DNA of 51,963 bases from an uncultured Clostridia bacterium (GTDB lineage: Bacteria; Acidobacteriota; Blastocatellia; Chloracidobacteriales; JADJPF01): the NCBI GenBank assembly GCA_964536575.1, contig CAZHXL010000010.1, positions 1-51,963 on the forward strand. Direction: 5' to 3'. Under the pieces are notes generated by a model. It had not been told where the DNA came from, made no database searches, and saw only the letters and a program-made list of their open reading frames with translations. The position numbers and the translations under genes were made by a program. Shown piece by piece: positions 1 to 8,551 of the stretch. Position 1 is the first letter of the stretch, and each line of letters begins with the position of its first letter.

Positions 1-213
1 GAGCTTCTGGGTCGGAAAACGCTGTCTCACGACAGTGACGAGCTTGAGTATCAGCAAAAGAAGTATAGAGCAGTAAGTAGAGCGACCTGCTAAGGTCGCA
101 TTTATTTCTGAGAGCAATAAAGACTCAGAGTTTTGGGCAGCCTCAGAAAGCAAAGCTTTCTTTGGTCTTATTATTCCACTACAGAAACTTTTTAAAGCTA
201 AGTCTTAGGATAT

Positions 214-531
214 TTAGGCAATAGCAGCAAGCCCCTTTTTATCAACAAGAGACAATAATTTAAGAGAAGCACCTGCTGGATGTTTGAGTCCTCTCTCCCA
301 CTGGCTAACAACACCTTTACTTACATTTAGATGACGGGCAAAAACAGTTTGACTAACCTGCTCACGTTCACGAATATTGCGAATATCTTGAGCAGTTAGA
401 GAATGAACAGGAGTTAAACAAAGCTCATTAAACTCTTTCATTGTCTTTTTATCAATATTACCAATATTGTACATGTCTTCCATCATTTCATGAATAGAAG
501 CCATTGCCTCACTTTTATATTTTTTAGTCAT
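214..531 (-). CDS. XRE-family HTH antitoxin (HigA-like, COG2944-type)
   Basis: 105-aa ORF from ATG 531, with a GGTGGAG SD just upstream. The ORF track starts at GTG 546. The HTH segment QVSQTVFARHLNVSKGVVSQWERGLKHPAGASLKLL is typical of antitoxins that follow RelE/HigB toxins. An ATGACTAA overlap joins it to the toxin stop codon. Confidence 0.8.
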   Translation of the reverse strand: MTKKYKSEAMASIHEMMEDMYNIGNIDKKTMKEFNELCLTPVHSLTAQDIRNIREREQVSQTVFARHLNVSKGVVSQWERGLKHPAGASLKLLSLVDKKGLAAIA

Positions 532-904
532 TACACTCCACCTCACTTAAAATTCCTGCATCAATATCTTTCTGTAATTTCTCATCTGAAATGTTTAACA
601 TAACATCTGCTGATTTCTTAAAAGCCTTTTCTTCATCTTCATTAATGTTTTCTTGATCATTCTTAGCAAAACCATATACAAAAAAAACTCTGTTGCCTTG
701 GTGATAAAAAATTATAGTTCTGTAACCACCTGATTTTCCTTCGTTGGGTCTTGATATTCTTTGCTTGATAACTCCACTACCTAAATCTGTATCAATAAGC
801 CCTTTTTCTAAACTCTCAACTGCCTGACACAACTTCTTGTCACTAATTTTTTCCAGGTGTAAATAATTCCGTGATGAACCTAAGTTTATGGATAATAAAA
901 GCAT
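524..904 (-). CDS. RelE/HigB-superfamily toxin (COG4737-like); 5' end now supplied by a MITE
   Basis: Core GKSGGYRTIIFYHQGNRVFFVYGFAKNDQENI matches the RelE-like toxin signature. The order is toxin first, with an overlapping antitoxin. The first ~17 codons, including the only in-frame ATG (904), lie inside the repeat element at 853-993. Confidence 0.65.
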   Translation of the reverse strand: MLLLSINLGSSRNYLHLEKISDKKLCQAVESLEKGLIDTDLGSGVIKQRISRPNEGKSGGYRTIIFYHQGNRVFFVYGFAKNDQENINEDEEKAFKKSADVMLNISDEKLQKDIDAGILSEVECND

Positions 905-993
905 AATCTACTGGCAAAGACGACAAAAATAAACGACTTAGAAATATTTACCCAAATTTTTCACATATCCATCACGGAATTATTTACACATGG
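853..993. mobile_element. MITE-like non-autonomous element, 141 bp, copy 1
   Basis: 24-bp terminal inverted repeats: CCAGGTGTAAATAATTCCGTGATG (853-876) and its complement at 970-993, with 1 mismatch. Flanked by a perfect 8-bp direct duplication AATTTTTT (845-852 and 994-1001). No ORF inside. A second copy lies at 24830-24956. Confidence 0.8.
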
Positions 994-1202
994 AATTTTT
1001 TACCTAACATATCTATGAAGTTATATTTTGTTATTTTTAGACATTCCATTGTTTTTCCCTAGCTCTTTATTTACAATAATTATCATTTGTTCAAAACTTA
1101 AAACCAGTTCAATGTCTAATGTAGTTTTCACTAAAGTGTGAAATAACAAAATGTAGAGGCGAACAGTTCGTTCTTTGATAAGGTAATCTGATAAGAAATA
1201 AG

Positions 1203-1223
1203 AGGGGCGAACAGTTCGCCCCT
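1203..1223. repeat. Palindromic repeat, GGGGCGAAC family
   Basis: AGGGGCGAAC-A-GTTCGCCCCT is a perfect 10-bp palindrome. A degenerate copy (GTAGAGGCGAACAGTTCGTTCT) lies at 1153-1174 and a related copy at 37197-37228. Confidence 0.7.
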
Positions 1224-1302
1224 ATATGTTATGTTTTATATTTTCATCTATTTACGAGAAATTAATATCTATTGGTTAAATTACCCGTTTCATTAACTTT
1301 CC

Positions 1303-1331
1303 TTAAGCGAGACCATAGCGATCTCGCTTAG
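1303..1331 (-). terminator. Hairpin downstream of the 295-aa gene
   Basis: TAAGCGAGA-N9-TCTCGCTTA stem-loop 11 nt past the stop codon of 1342-2229. No clear U-tract. Confidence 0.4.
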
Positions 1332-1341
1332 CCATCAATGG

Positions 1342-2229
1342 TTATTTAATAGTCCAGGAAAAGTAGTTGTATGTATCTTTATCAGCATCTGGATCAGAAA
1401 ATCCAGCGGAAACGTCTATTAGCTTAAACTTACCAGCAATTGTTTTTGTCGAACTAGCTTTCCCTTTAGTTAAGACAGCAAATAAAGATTTGTAATTTTT
1501 GTCATATCCCTCAAACAGAGTGTCAGTCAAACATTCTGAATATCTCACTTTATTTTTATTATCAGTGGCAGTGGGGTCATAAAATGAAAGGTAACCAGTG
1601 AATTGGACTAAACTAGGAATATCTTCTGTACTCTTGTAAAAGGTTGTTGGGATAGGCCGCGCCTTAGTAGGGTCACGAGGACACTTCAGTAGATCTTGGC
1701 CAGTTTGGCCAATGCCTGGAATACCAGCATTCATTAATTGATTATTTTCTTGTAATGTTAATACAGGTTGGCCATTGATACGTTTCCTTATATACAAATC
1801 CCAAGTGAAGTTAACATCAGTTAAAGGATCTACCATTAATGCATCCACAGGCTGGTTAGGAGAAATAACATAAGGAGCAGTTGTTGGCCCTGTGATGGTG
1901 GCTAAATATCTAGTTTCTCCGCTTCGCATTCTCGCATAAACTTTAACTGATCCGCTTCCATTGATATGTAAAAGACCTATTACTGTTAGCTCTTCTTCCG
2001 AAACATTGAGAAAAAATTCTGTATAATTGCCGTCTAAATGCTCTCCTGTGGCAAGTGACATATAGCCCTCGCCTAAGTATTGAGAGGGTGATGGATTCTC
2101 AATTTGTGCTAATGGTAAAACCTGTTTTGCTAACGTAATGGGTATCATTGAAACAGACATTATTATGGATAAACTCAAAGCAAATGCGATTAAAATACGG
2201 TTTAATATTTTCTTACTTTTCTTGTTCAT
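1342..2229 (-). CDS. Secreted hypothetical protein
   Basis: Long ORF with an N-terminal signal or anchor sequence (KKILNRILIAFALSLSIIMSVSMIPITLA). A GGAG lies upstream of the ATG. I recognise no family. Confidence 0.6.
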   Translation of the reverse strand: MNKKSKKILNRILIAFALSLSIIMSVSMIPITLAKQVLPLAQIENPSPSQYLGEGYMSLATGEHLDGNYTEFFLNVSEEELTVIGLLHINGSGSVKVYARMRSGETRYLATITGPTTAPYVISPNQPVDALMVDPLTDVNFTWDLYIRKRINGQPVLTLQENNQLMNAGIPGIGQTGQDLLKCPRDPTKARPIPTTFYKSTEDIPSLVQFTGYLSFYDPTATDNKNKVRYSECLTDTLFEGYDKNYKSLFAVLTKGKASSTKTIAGKFKLIDVSAGFSDPDADKDTYNYFSWTIK

Positions 2230-2435
2230 TAAATGTCTCCTAAATTGATTGTGAGAACAATTGATATTGTTCTGCAGGGGAAATTTTGCGTTTGAACTGA
2301 GGTAAGTGTAGGTGGAAAAATTATGATAAATAAGAGGGATTTCTGAAATTTTTTATTCTTAAAAACACACGGTCATACTTTTTCATTTTTCATATAATCT
2401 TTATTAATTTTAATCAAGCCAGGTTGTTTTAAGCT

Positions 2436-4553
2436 TTGAGAGACGGTTTTATGTTAAATGGTAAACTCAGAATGGATAAAGATCTGCTGATAAAGGCTTG
2501 GCAGACTAGTTTTGTTTTGCTCAGCAATGATCGCCAGCAGGCTTGTGAGCTTGTTTCAGCCGCTGTGGATGCGTGGCTTACATATCCAGAAAAACAGGAA
2601 AAACGTAAATATTTCAAGCTTAAATCACGTGATACCCGCAATAAAATCATTTTTGACTATTCTATGTTGTTCCAATATTTGTTATATCAAACATCCGAGC
2701 GTTTTGAGAAAAAACAGGAGCAAGATCATTTAGATAATAAGCACCTGCTTCATCAACAGACGATGATTACACGATTTATAAAGCATCTTATTTATATCTC
2801 CATTGAGTATAAATCCTTTCAGGTGACGGTTGGCCTATGCCGAGTTCTGCATAACTATAGTAGTTCCAAGACACAAAAAATTTATGAGACACTGACCCAA
2901 TCAGGTATTTACAACGAAATTGATGATCCATACCGTGATTATAGTAAATCTGATGATCAGTATCGTGATTGGAAAAAAACAATTATGGAAAAGCTAAAAG
3001 ATAGGTTTAATCTATTTGTTGATTTTTGCGATACGGCAAGAGGAGAAAAACGCTTCAAGACGCAAGATAAAACCGATAATTTGATTAAGCTAGTTTACAA
3101 ATGTCTTGATCTATTTACTCCCTGGCAATCTTTATGTGTGTTGCCTAAGGAATTTAATAAAAACTGGGCAAGAATCCCATTGATTTCACAACTAAGCTTT
3201 TTGGGTATAAACCCTGACGATGAGCACCCCATTGAGAAAAACCGTATGCACACACTGATTCATTCTGAGTGTTTATCGCACTTGATCAAAACGCTGGGAT
3301 TTGCCCAACTGCAAGAACGTCTAGAAGTACCTAAATTTTTATTAGCGATGAATAATGGTGATCTTAATAATGACAATAATTTTCCGCCTTCGCCTGATCT
3401 AGAAAATCTGCCAACCCCAACTCACGAAGATTTTGCATACATTTGGGAAACCATTGCGCAACAACAACTACGCCGCAAAACATTTTCTCCCACCATTCTA
3501 TCAATAGTTATTGATAGTGTTGAGCAAGGTTGTCTAGATCTCAGAAAAGCACTGAGCATTAGCCTAAATTTAAAACCTGATGCCAATTTGATTCAAATTT
3601 TTGCTAAACAAGAAGCTGGTGACCTGCTTTTATCTACATTATCGCTTAGATTTAGTAAGGTTATGGAGGTCAAGCAAGAATGGATATCATCAATTAAACT
3701 TGAGGGTGGGCAAAAGATTACTCTAAAAGTTCTTCCGCTAAAAGTTCCTAGTAGTGTTACTGCCGCAACCATTGAGATAATCTATCGCGAACCAGATTTA
3801 GTTAGCAAACTACTTTTATCTCTAGCTGGATTAAGCTCACAATTATCAGCACAGCCATTGATCAAATTATCGCCATATGGTTTTGGCTGGAAGCCAGTAT
3901 TGACCGCAGTAATGGTGATTCTGCTAATGGTAGTAGTTTGGTTATATATGCAGCCTGATAAACAATCTTTTAAATCGCCAATGGTTGTTGGATCTGGTGA
4001 AGAGATAAAACCAATGCCCAAAAAACTTGATTCAGCCATAGATAATAAACCTTTATTTGAGGAAGAACAGTTGGCTAACAATACACAGCCGAAAAAATAT
4101 CGCCCTCCTGTGGTCAAAAATACTGCACCCACACCACTAGTGTTTAGAAATGGTGATGAGAGAGTGGTTGCTAAATCATTACTTGAGATAAAAACTATCT
4201 ATCTTGAAGCGGGTTTAGACCATCCATTGAATCAAGATATCTGCACTATGTTGATAAACCGGCTACAGGCAAGTAACAAATTTATCCTCACTGATAAAGA
4301 GCAGGCAGACGGTGTGTTTAAGATATTTGTTAATAATGTGTACACTGCAAAGTCTGATGATAAGCAGCAATCTAAAGAAGTGACTACTTTTACACCAAAA
4401 ATTTCTCTCAAGGTTTTGCTTATCAATGTCAAAGGTGAAGTATTATGGCCACAAAGTAACCGACAAACTTATCTAGGTTCTATTGATGAAGTAACTAATC
4501 AGGTAGTAGAAGGTTTACTTGATGAGATCCGCAAGCTGGAAAATGGACACTAA
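2436..4553 (+). CDS. Single-pass membrane protein, function unknown (large cytoplasmic N-domain, periplasmic C-domain)
   Basis: 705-aa ORF. The track start is TTG 2436; ATG 2451 or 2472 is more likely. There is one hydrophobic helix (WKPVLTAVMVILLMVVVWLYM) at about residue 490. The N-terminal ~150 aa vaguely resemble sigma-70 region 2/4; this is weak and judged by eye only. Confidence 0.6.
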   Translation: MRDGFMLNGKLRMDKDLLIKAWQTSFVLLSNDRQQACELVSAAVDAWLTYPEKQEKRKYFKLKSRDTRNKIIFDYSMLFQYLLYQTSERFEKKQEQDHLDNKHLLHQQTMITRFIKHLIYISIEYKSFQVTVGLCRVLHNYSSSKTQKIYETLTQSGIYNEIDDPYRDYSKSDDQYRDWKKTIMEKLKDRFNLFVDFCDTARGEKRFKTQDKTDNLIKLVYKCLDLFTPWQSLCVLPKEFNKNWARIPLISQLSFLGINPDDEHPIEKNRMHTLIHSECLSHLIKTLGFAQLQERLEVPKFLLAMNNGDLNNDNNFPPSPDLENLPTPTHEDFAYIWETIAQQQLRRKTFSPTILSIVIDSVEQGCLDLRKALSISLNLKPDANLIQIFAKQEAGDLLLSTLSLRFSKVMEVKQEWISSIKLEGGQKITLKVLPLKVPSSVTAATIEIIYREPDLVSKLLLSLAGLSSQLSAQPLIKLSPYGFGWKPVLTAVMVILLMVVVWLYMQPDKQSFKSPMVVGSGEEIKPMPKKLDSAIDNKPLFEEEQLANNTQPKKYRPPVVKNTAPTPLVFRNGDERVVAKSLLEIKTIYLEAGLDHPLNQDICTMLINRLQASNKFILTDKEQADGVFKIFVNNVYTAKSDDKQQSKEVTTFTPKISLKVLLINVKGEVLWPQSNRQTYLGSIDEVTNQVVEGLLDEIRKLENGH

Positions 4554-4564
4554 TGCGAATGGGT

Positions 4565-7500
4565 TTATCTGGGTTCACCTTGTAGTACAAATGCAGCCCA
4601 ATAAAATGGTGATTGCCAGCGTTTTTCTCTTAACATTGATAACTGTGCCACTCTTAGTGCTGCTGCTGGTCTCAGTTTATCTTTTCCAAACATATGGCGG
4701 TAGAATCGCTTCATTAGCTCCGCTGTTGCTTGATCACTTACATTCCATAGACTAACTAATACGCGTGATGCTCCAGCATACATAAATCCTCGGCTTAAAC
4801 CTACCAGTCCTTCACCTTTGATCTGCTTGCCTAAGCCTGTCTGACAGCCACTCAATATCACCAATTCTGCGTGTAGTTTCAGATTAAACACATCATGTAA
4901 TCGCAAAAAACCATCTTGTTCCATTCCATTTTGATCTACTAGAGAGAGTACTATACCTGATAATTCTGGGTAGCTATTATTTAGCAATGCATGAGTTGCA
5001 AAGTGAACTACACTATACTGAGAAATATCTAAACTAGTAGCCATTGCTCTACTGGCGGCAAAATCGAGTGCCTCTTTGACTTGGTTGGTAGGCATAAGTG
5101 CCATTATGGCCTCTGCTTCTTTGCGTGTAGCAGGTAAACGAACAAACCCTTGTCGTATTTTCAACCCTGATTCCTCGGCTGAACGCTCAAGAGCCAAAAG
5201 CGATAATGAACTATTTGATTCATTCTCCACTATTCCATTCATCTGTTGCTTGTTTGTAGACACAGTGATAATTCGCTGATCATTTTTTTCAAATACTGGA
5301 TCGGCAAATATTACAACTGATTTCAACGCCGACTTACGCCCATTAAATTCACGGCGTAATAAAGCAAGTGTTGAGACTGATGGCAAACTGACGATTTCGT
5401 GCTCAGTTATCAATGCGCTATATGGAGTTGATGGCAAATGCTTCTTTGGCTTGGGCAGCGTGGCGAATGGGATATATTGTAAAATTTCATCACCTACAAT
5501 TATTAAACGCTTTTTCCCTAATAATGAGGCTACAGGTGACAATAACATTTTGCTTAAAGCAGTGGTTGCGGCTGGGTATTGATGCTCAGCCTTCTTTAGG
5601 CGTTTGGCTCTTTCTTTCGATGTCTCAAAATCTATTTGTCTGTATGCTGTTAACAGTTCATATACACGTTGTGCCATTACTTCTATTTCGGTGCGTTTCG
5701 GCAATTCATAACTCTTAATAAAAGTTGGCGTTATCGCCCAAAGAAAACTTCTCTCGCTGCCTAGTGAATATTTCAGCAGTAATGTATCATCATCCAAAAT
5801 TTCTTTCTGTATCTGTCTAAGGCTTAATGGTTGTGGTTGGGTTAGTGCTGCATAGCGAGGACTCTGCTGTCTGATTTCAGCTTCAATCTGTTGCAACTGC
5901 TCTATTAGTTTTTCAATCTCTTTTCTTAAAGACTCTACTTGTTGAGCCATGCTGCGATTACCAAGCAATCTTTGGTAAAGTTCTGCTTTGGCATTAAGCA
6001 ACTGTTTTAATCTATGTTCCTGCTCAAGCAAAGTAGGAGCTATGCCTTCATAAAGGTCTATTTTTGATTCAGCCAATAGCTCAAGTAGGTTTCGTGCGCT
6101 AGCACGTTCGCTATTTTCAAAAGCAACAGCAGCATATCCATTTAATGGATATTGCTGATGAAGTTGCATAAGTAGATCTATATAAAATTCATAATGATCT
6201 TGTACTGAGGCAAAGTAGGTTGCACGAAGGGCTTTGATATCAATCTTAGTGCGCAAAGATTCAATTAGACTAATTGATTTCTCGCTTTCAATGAGTGCTT
6301 TATTAAGTTCACCAATATGACGATTAGTTTTTGCCATATTAAGTAATGTGGTTGCTTCGCCAATCTTATCACTTGCTGCACGGCGCAATATCAATGCTTG
6401 GCTGTAAAACTCCAATGCTTTCTGGTATTCTCCTTGGGAGTTATAAACTACACCAATGTTATTAAGAGAGCTTGCTTCACCCACTTTATCACCGATAGCT
6501 TGGCGTAGCTTTAGTGATTGAGTATAGTAGTCCAGTGCCTTTTGATTTTCTCCTTGCGATTTGTAAATTCCTCCAATGTTGTTGAGGCAGTAACCTTCAC
6601 CTATTTTATCGCCGATCGCCTGTTGCAATGGCAGTGCTTGGTTGCAGTATAAGAGTGCCTTTTGATTTTCTCCCAATGTAATGTAAATCACTCCAATGTT
6701 GCTCAATGTGTTTGCTTCACCAGCTTTATCGCCGATAGCTTGGCGCAACGCTAGTGCTTGATTGTAGTAGTCCAGTGCTTTTTGATTTTCTGCTAGTGAT
6801 TTATAAATTGCGCCAATGCTATTGAAGGTATTAGCTTGGCCAATTTTATTACCTATGGTTTGTTGTAACTCTAGTGCTTGGTTACAGTATAAGAGTGCTT
6901 TTTGATTTTCTCCCAGTGCAATGTAAATCACTCCAATGTTGCTTAGCGTGGCCGCTTCACCTACTTTATCATTTATGGATTTTTGCAACTCAAGTGCCCG
7001 GCTATAGTATGTGAGTGCCTTCTGATTCTCTATCAGCAATCTGTAAACCACTCCAATGTTGCTTAGTGTGGCTGCTTCGCTGGTCTTACTACCTAATGAT
7101 TGATGTATTTGTAATGCTTGGTTGAAGTAGTCTAGTGCCTTTTGATTCTCTGCAATGGATTTATAAAGTATACCAATGTTATTGAGGGTAGTTGCTTCAC
7201 CAGCTCTGTCACCTATGGTTTGGCGCATTGGCAGTGCTTGGTTAAAATATTCCAGTGCCTTTTGATTTTTTCCTAGTAAGTTGTAAATCAAACCAATATT
7301 GTTAAGTGTTAAAGCCTCAAAATATTTGTCGCCAATAGCTTGCCATAATGGTAGTGCTTGATCGAGATATTCCAGTACTTTCTTATTATCTCCCAGTAGA
7401 AATTGTGTATGACTGATAGCGGTTAATGTTAGAGCTTGTTCATAGTGTCTATCTATGGATCTCCATAATCGCAGTGCTTGCAAGTAGCTATCAATTGCCT

Positions 7501-8089
7501 TTGTGCGAGACGCTGCTGTTTGATTGTTTTTTAATCGATACGCTGCTAAATATGCCTCCTGCGCAGCTATACAATCTTTATCTTGTAAAGTGAATTGTCT
7601 TTGTTCTGCTATTGTAATTTCATAATGTGCAGGAGCGGCGTTTTCATCTATAGAACGCACATCTAGTTGGTAGCTACCTGTGGTTTCCGCAATTAAAAAT
7701 AGTGCCTCTCGTCCTTGTTTTTCATTAAGTCTATTGATTTCAATTAGTTGTTTATTGTCAGGAGCAAAAAGCAGCGCAACTATATCTATTCCATGTTGTT
7801 CAATAGCTATATGAAGAAACTGCCCAACCGTGAGATTGATTTTATAGGAATGAACATCGCCACCTGCCAATTCACGCTCGATTTTCTTATCTTGCTCAAG
7901 TAAATAGGCGGTTTTATCTGTATTATCTTGTCTTTGTGATAAATTTTTCTCTACTTGCGCTATTACTATGGGATTAAACACAAGTAACAGAATTAGCAAC
8001 ACGATAAAGCGGGTATATACAATTTGGTGATATCTATGGTACAACATAGAATACTCCATTGCGAATGTTGCAATACGTTGGCTAAGCAT
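4565..8089 (-). CDS. Exported PPC-like / TPR-repeat / CHAT-domain (caspase-like) protease
   Basis: Signal peptide FIVLLILLLVFNPIVIAQ. N-terminal pre-peptidase-C-like beta domain. About ten 40-aa TPR units (NQKALDYYNQAL.LRQAIGDK.GEA.TLNNIG.IY). C-terminal CHAT domain with the His/Cys dyad motifs VVHFATHA and LVILSGCQTG. Confidence 0.9.
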   Translation of the reverse strand: MLSQRIATFAMEYSMLYHRYHQIVYTRFIVLLILLLVFNPIVIAQVEKNLSQRQDNTDKTAYLLEQDKKIERELAGGDVHSYKINLTVGQFLHIAIEQHGIDIVALLFAPDNKQLIEINRLNEKQGREALFLIAETTGSYQLDVRSIDENAAPAHYEITIAEQRQFTLQDKDCIAAQEAYLAAYRLKNNQTAASRTKAIDSYLQALRLWRSIDRHYEQALTLTAISHTQFLLGDNKKVLEYLDQALPLWQAIGDKYFEALTLNNIGLIYNLLGKNQKALEYFNQALPMRQTIGDRAGEATTLNNIGILYKSIAENQKALDYFNQALQIHQSLGSKTSEAATLSNIGVVYRLLIENQKALTYYSRALELQKSINDKVGEAATLSNIGVIYIALGENQKALLYCNQALELQQTIGNKIGQANTFNSIGAIYKSLAENQKALDYYNQALALRQAIGDKAGEANTLSNIGVIYITLGENQKALLYCNQALPLQQAIGDKIGEGYCLNNIGGIYKSQGENQKALDYYTQSLKLRQAIGDKVGEASSLNNIGVVYNSQGEYQKALEFYSQALILRRAASDKIGEATTLLNMAKTNRHIGELNKALIESEKSISLIESLRTKIDIKALRATYFASVQDHYEFYIDLLMQLHQQYPLNGYAAVAFENSERASARNLLELLAESKIDLYEGIAPTLLEQEHRLKQLLNAKAELYQRLLGNRSMAQQVESLRKEIEKLIEQLQQIEAEIRQQSPRYAALTQPQPLSLRQIQKEILDDDTLLLKYSLGSERSFLWAITPTFIKSYELPKRTEIEVMAQRVYELLTAYRQIDFETSKERAKRLKKAEHQYPAATTALSKMLLSPVASLLGKKRLIIVGDEILQYIPFATLPKPKKHLPSTPYSALITEHEIVSLPSVSTLALLRREFNGRKSALKSVVIFADPVFEKNDQRIITVSTNKQQMNGIVENESNSSLSLLALERSAEESGLKIRQGFVRLPATRKEAEAIMALMPTNQVKEALDFAASRAMATSLDISQYSVVHFATHALLNNSYPELSGIVLSLVDQNGMEQDGFLRLHDVFNLKLHAELVILSGCQTGLGKQIKGEGLVGLSRGFMYAGASRVLVSLWNVSDQATAELMKRFYRHMFGKDKLRPAAALRVAQLSMLREKRWQSPFYWAAFVLQGEPR
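6290..7450. repeat. Tandem ~120-bp DNA-level periodicity (TPR-coding units)
   Basis: The string AGTGCCTTTTGATTTTCTCC and close variants recur every 120 nt (about 6536, 6656, 6776, 6896, 7016, 7136, 7256). Confidence 0.8.
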
Positions 8090-8139
8090 AAATTAGTGTC
8101 GCCCTAAATCAGAACACAGGACATTGGTAGAGATAAAGA

Positions 8140-8367
8140 TCAAAGATCAAGGGGCAGTAAAAAATCAAGAATTTGCAGCCTTTGCGTCATGATTTCAAAA
8201 GACTTTTTCCAATCAGTTATTGGAGCAACTAGCTTAAGCGGTAACTTTCCAACACTATCAGAGCTAACAACTACTGCTGGTCTAGTTTTTTGTATTTCTG
8301 CTCCAACAGTAGGATCAAAATTAACTAACCAGATTTCGCCGCGTTTAGGAGTTAATTTAGTACTCAA
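8140..8367 (-). pseudogene. 3'-truncated MazF/PemK-family toxin
   Basis: The N-terminal part (RGEIWLVNFDPTVGAEIQKTRPAVVVSSD...LVAPITDWK) fits MazF/PemK. The ORF stops at 75 aa, versus about 110 aa for the family. The last ~17 aa are unrelated, and only 50 nt remain before the CHAT gene start. Confidence 0.6.
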
Positions 8368-8551
8368 CTATATCTCCGCTTTGCCAAAGTTCGCGTTCTT
8401 TCTGTGCTTCTGGTTCTTCATAATGACTAACTGCCTTATCTGCCATTTCCTCTAATATGCGGCGGCGTTCGGTTAAAGGAAGCTTCATAAACTCACGGCG
8501 TTTCTCTAATGTCCAGCCGATTGCTTTATCTTCTAATATTTGCACTGACAT
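8357..8551 (-). CDS. Putative antitoxin of the truncated MazF
   Basis: 64-aa acidic ORF from ATG 8551 (AAGGA upstream; the track starts at TTG 8581). It overlaps the mazF-like start by 11 nt. I recognise no family. Confidence 0.5.
   Translation of the reverse strand: MSVQILEDKAIGWTLEKRREFMKLPLTERRRILEEMADKAVSHYEEPEAQKERELWQSGDIVEY

Noticed and set aside
1342-2229. The idea that the 295-aa protein could be a gasdermin-like substrate of the nearby CHAT protease.
   Set aside because: It has a classical signal peptide, is separated from the CHAT gene by another gene, and shows no resemblance I can recognise to bacterial gasdermins. The CHAT protein itself appears to be exported.
2429-2982. Short ORFs 2429-2650(-), 2512-2733(+) and 2788-2982(-) overlapping the 705-aa gene.
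   Set aside because: They are embedded in or antisense to a much longer ORF with consistent coding character. They have no RBS or family resemblance.
3782-4755. ORFs 3782-4132(-), 4232-4432(-) and 4519-4755(+).
   Set aside because: They are antisense to or out of frame with the 705-aa and CHAT genes, and the translations are featureless.
5076-5718. Plus-strand ORFs 5076-5279 and 5413-5718 inside the CHAT gene.
   Set aside because: They are antisense to the CHAT domain region, which has clear catalytic motifs on the minus strand.
8189-8455. 88-aa plus-strand ORF across the mazF-like/antitoxin pair.
   Set aside because: It is antisense to both TA ORFs, hydrophobic and featureless. The TA reading is better supported.
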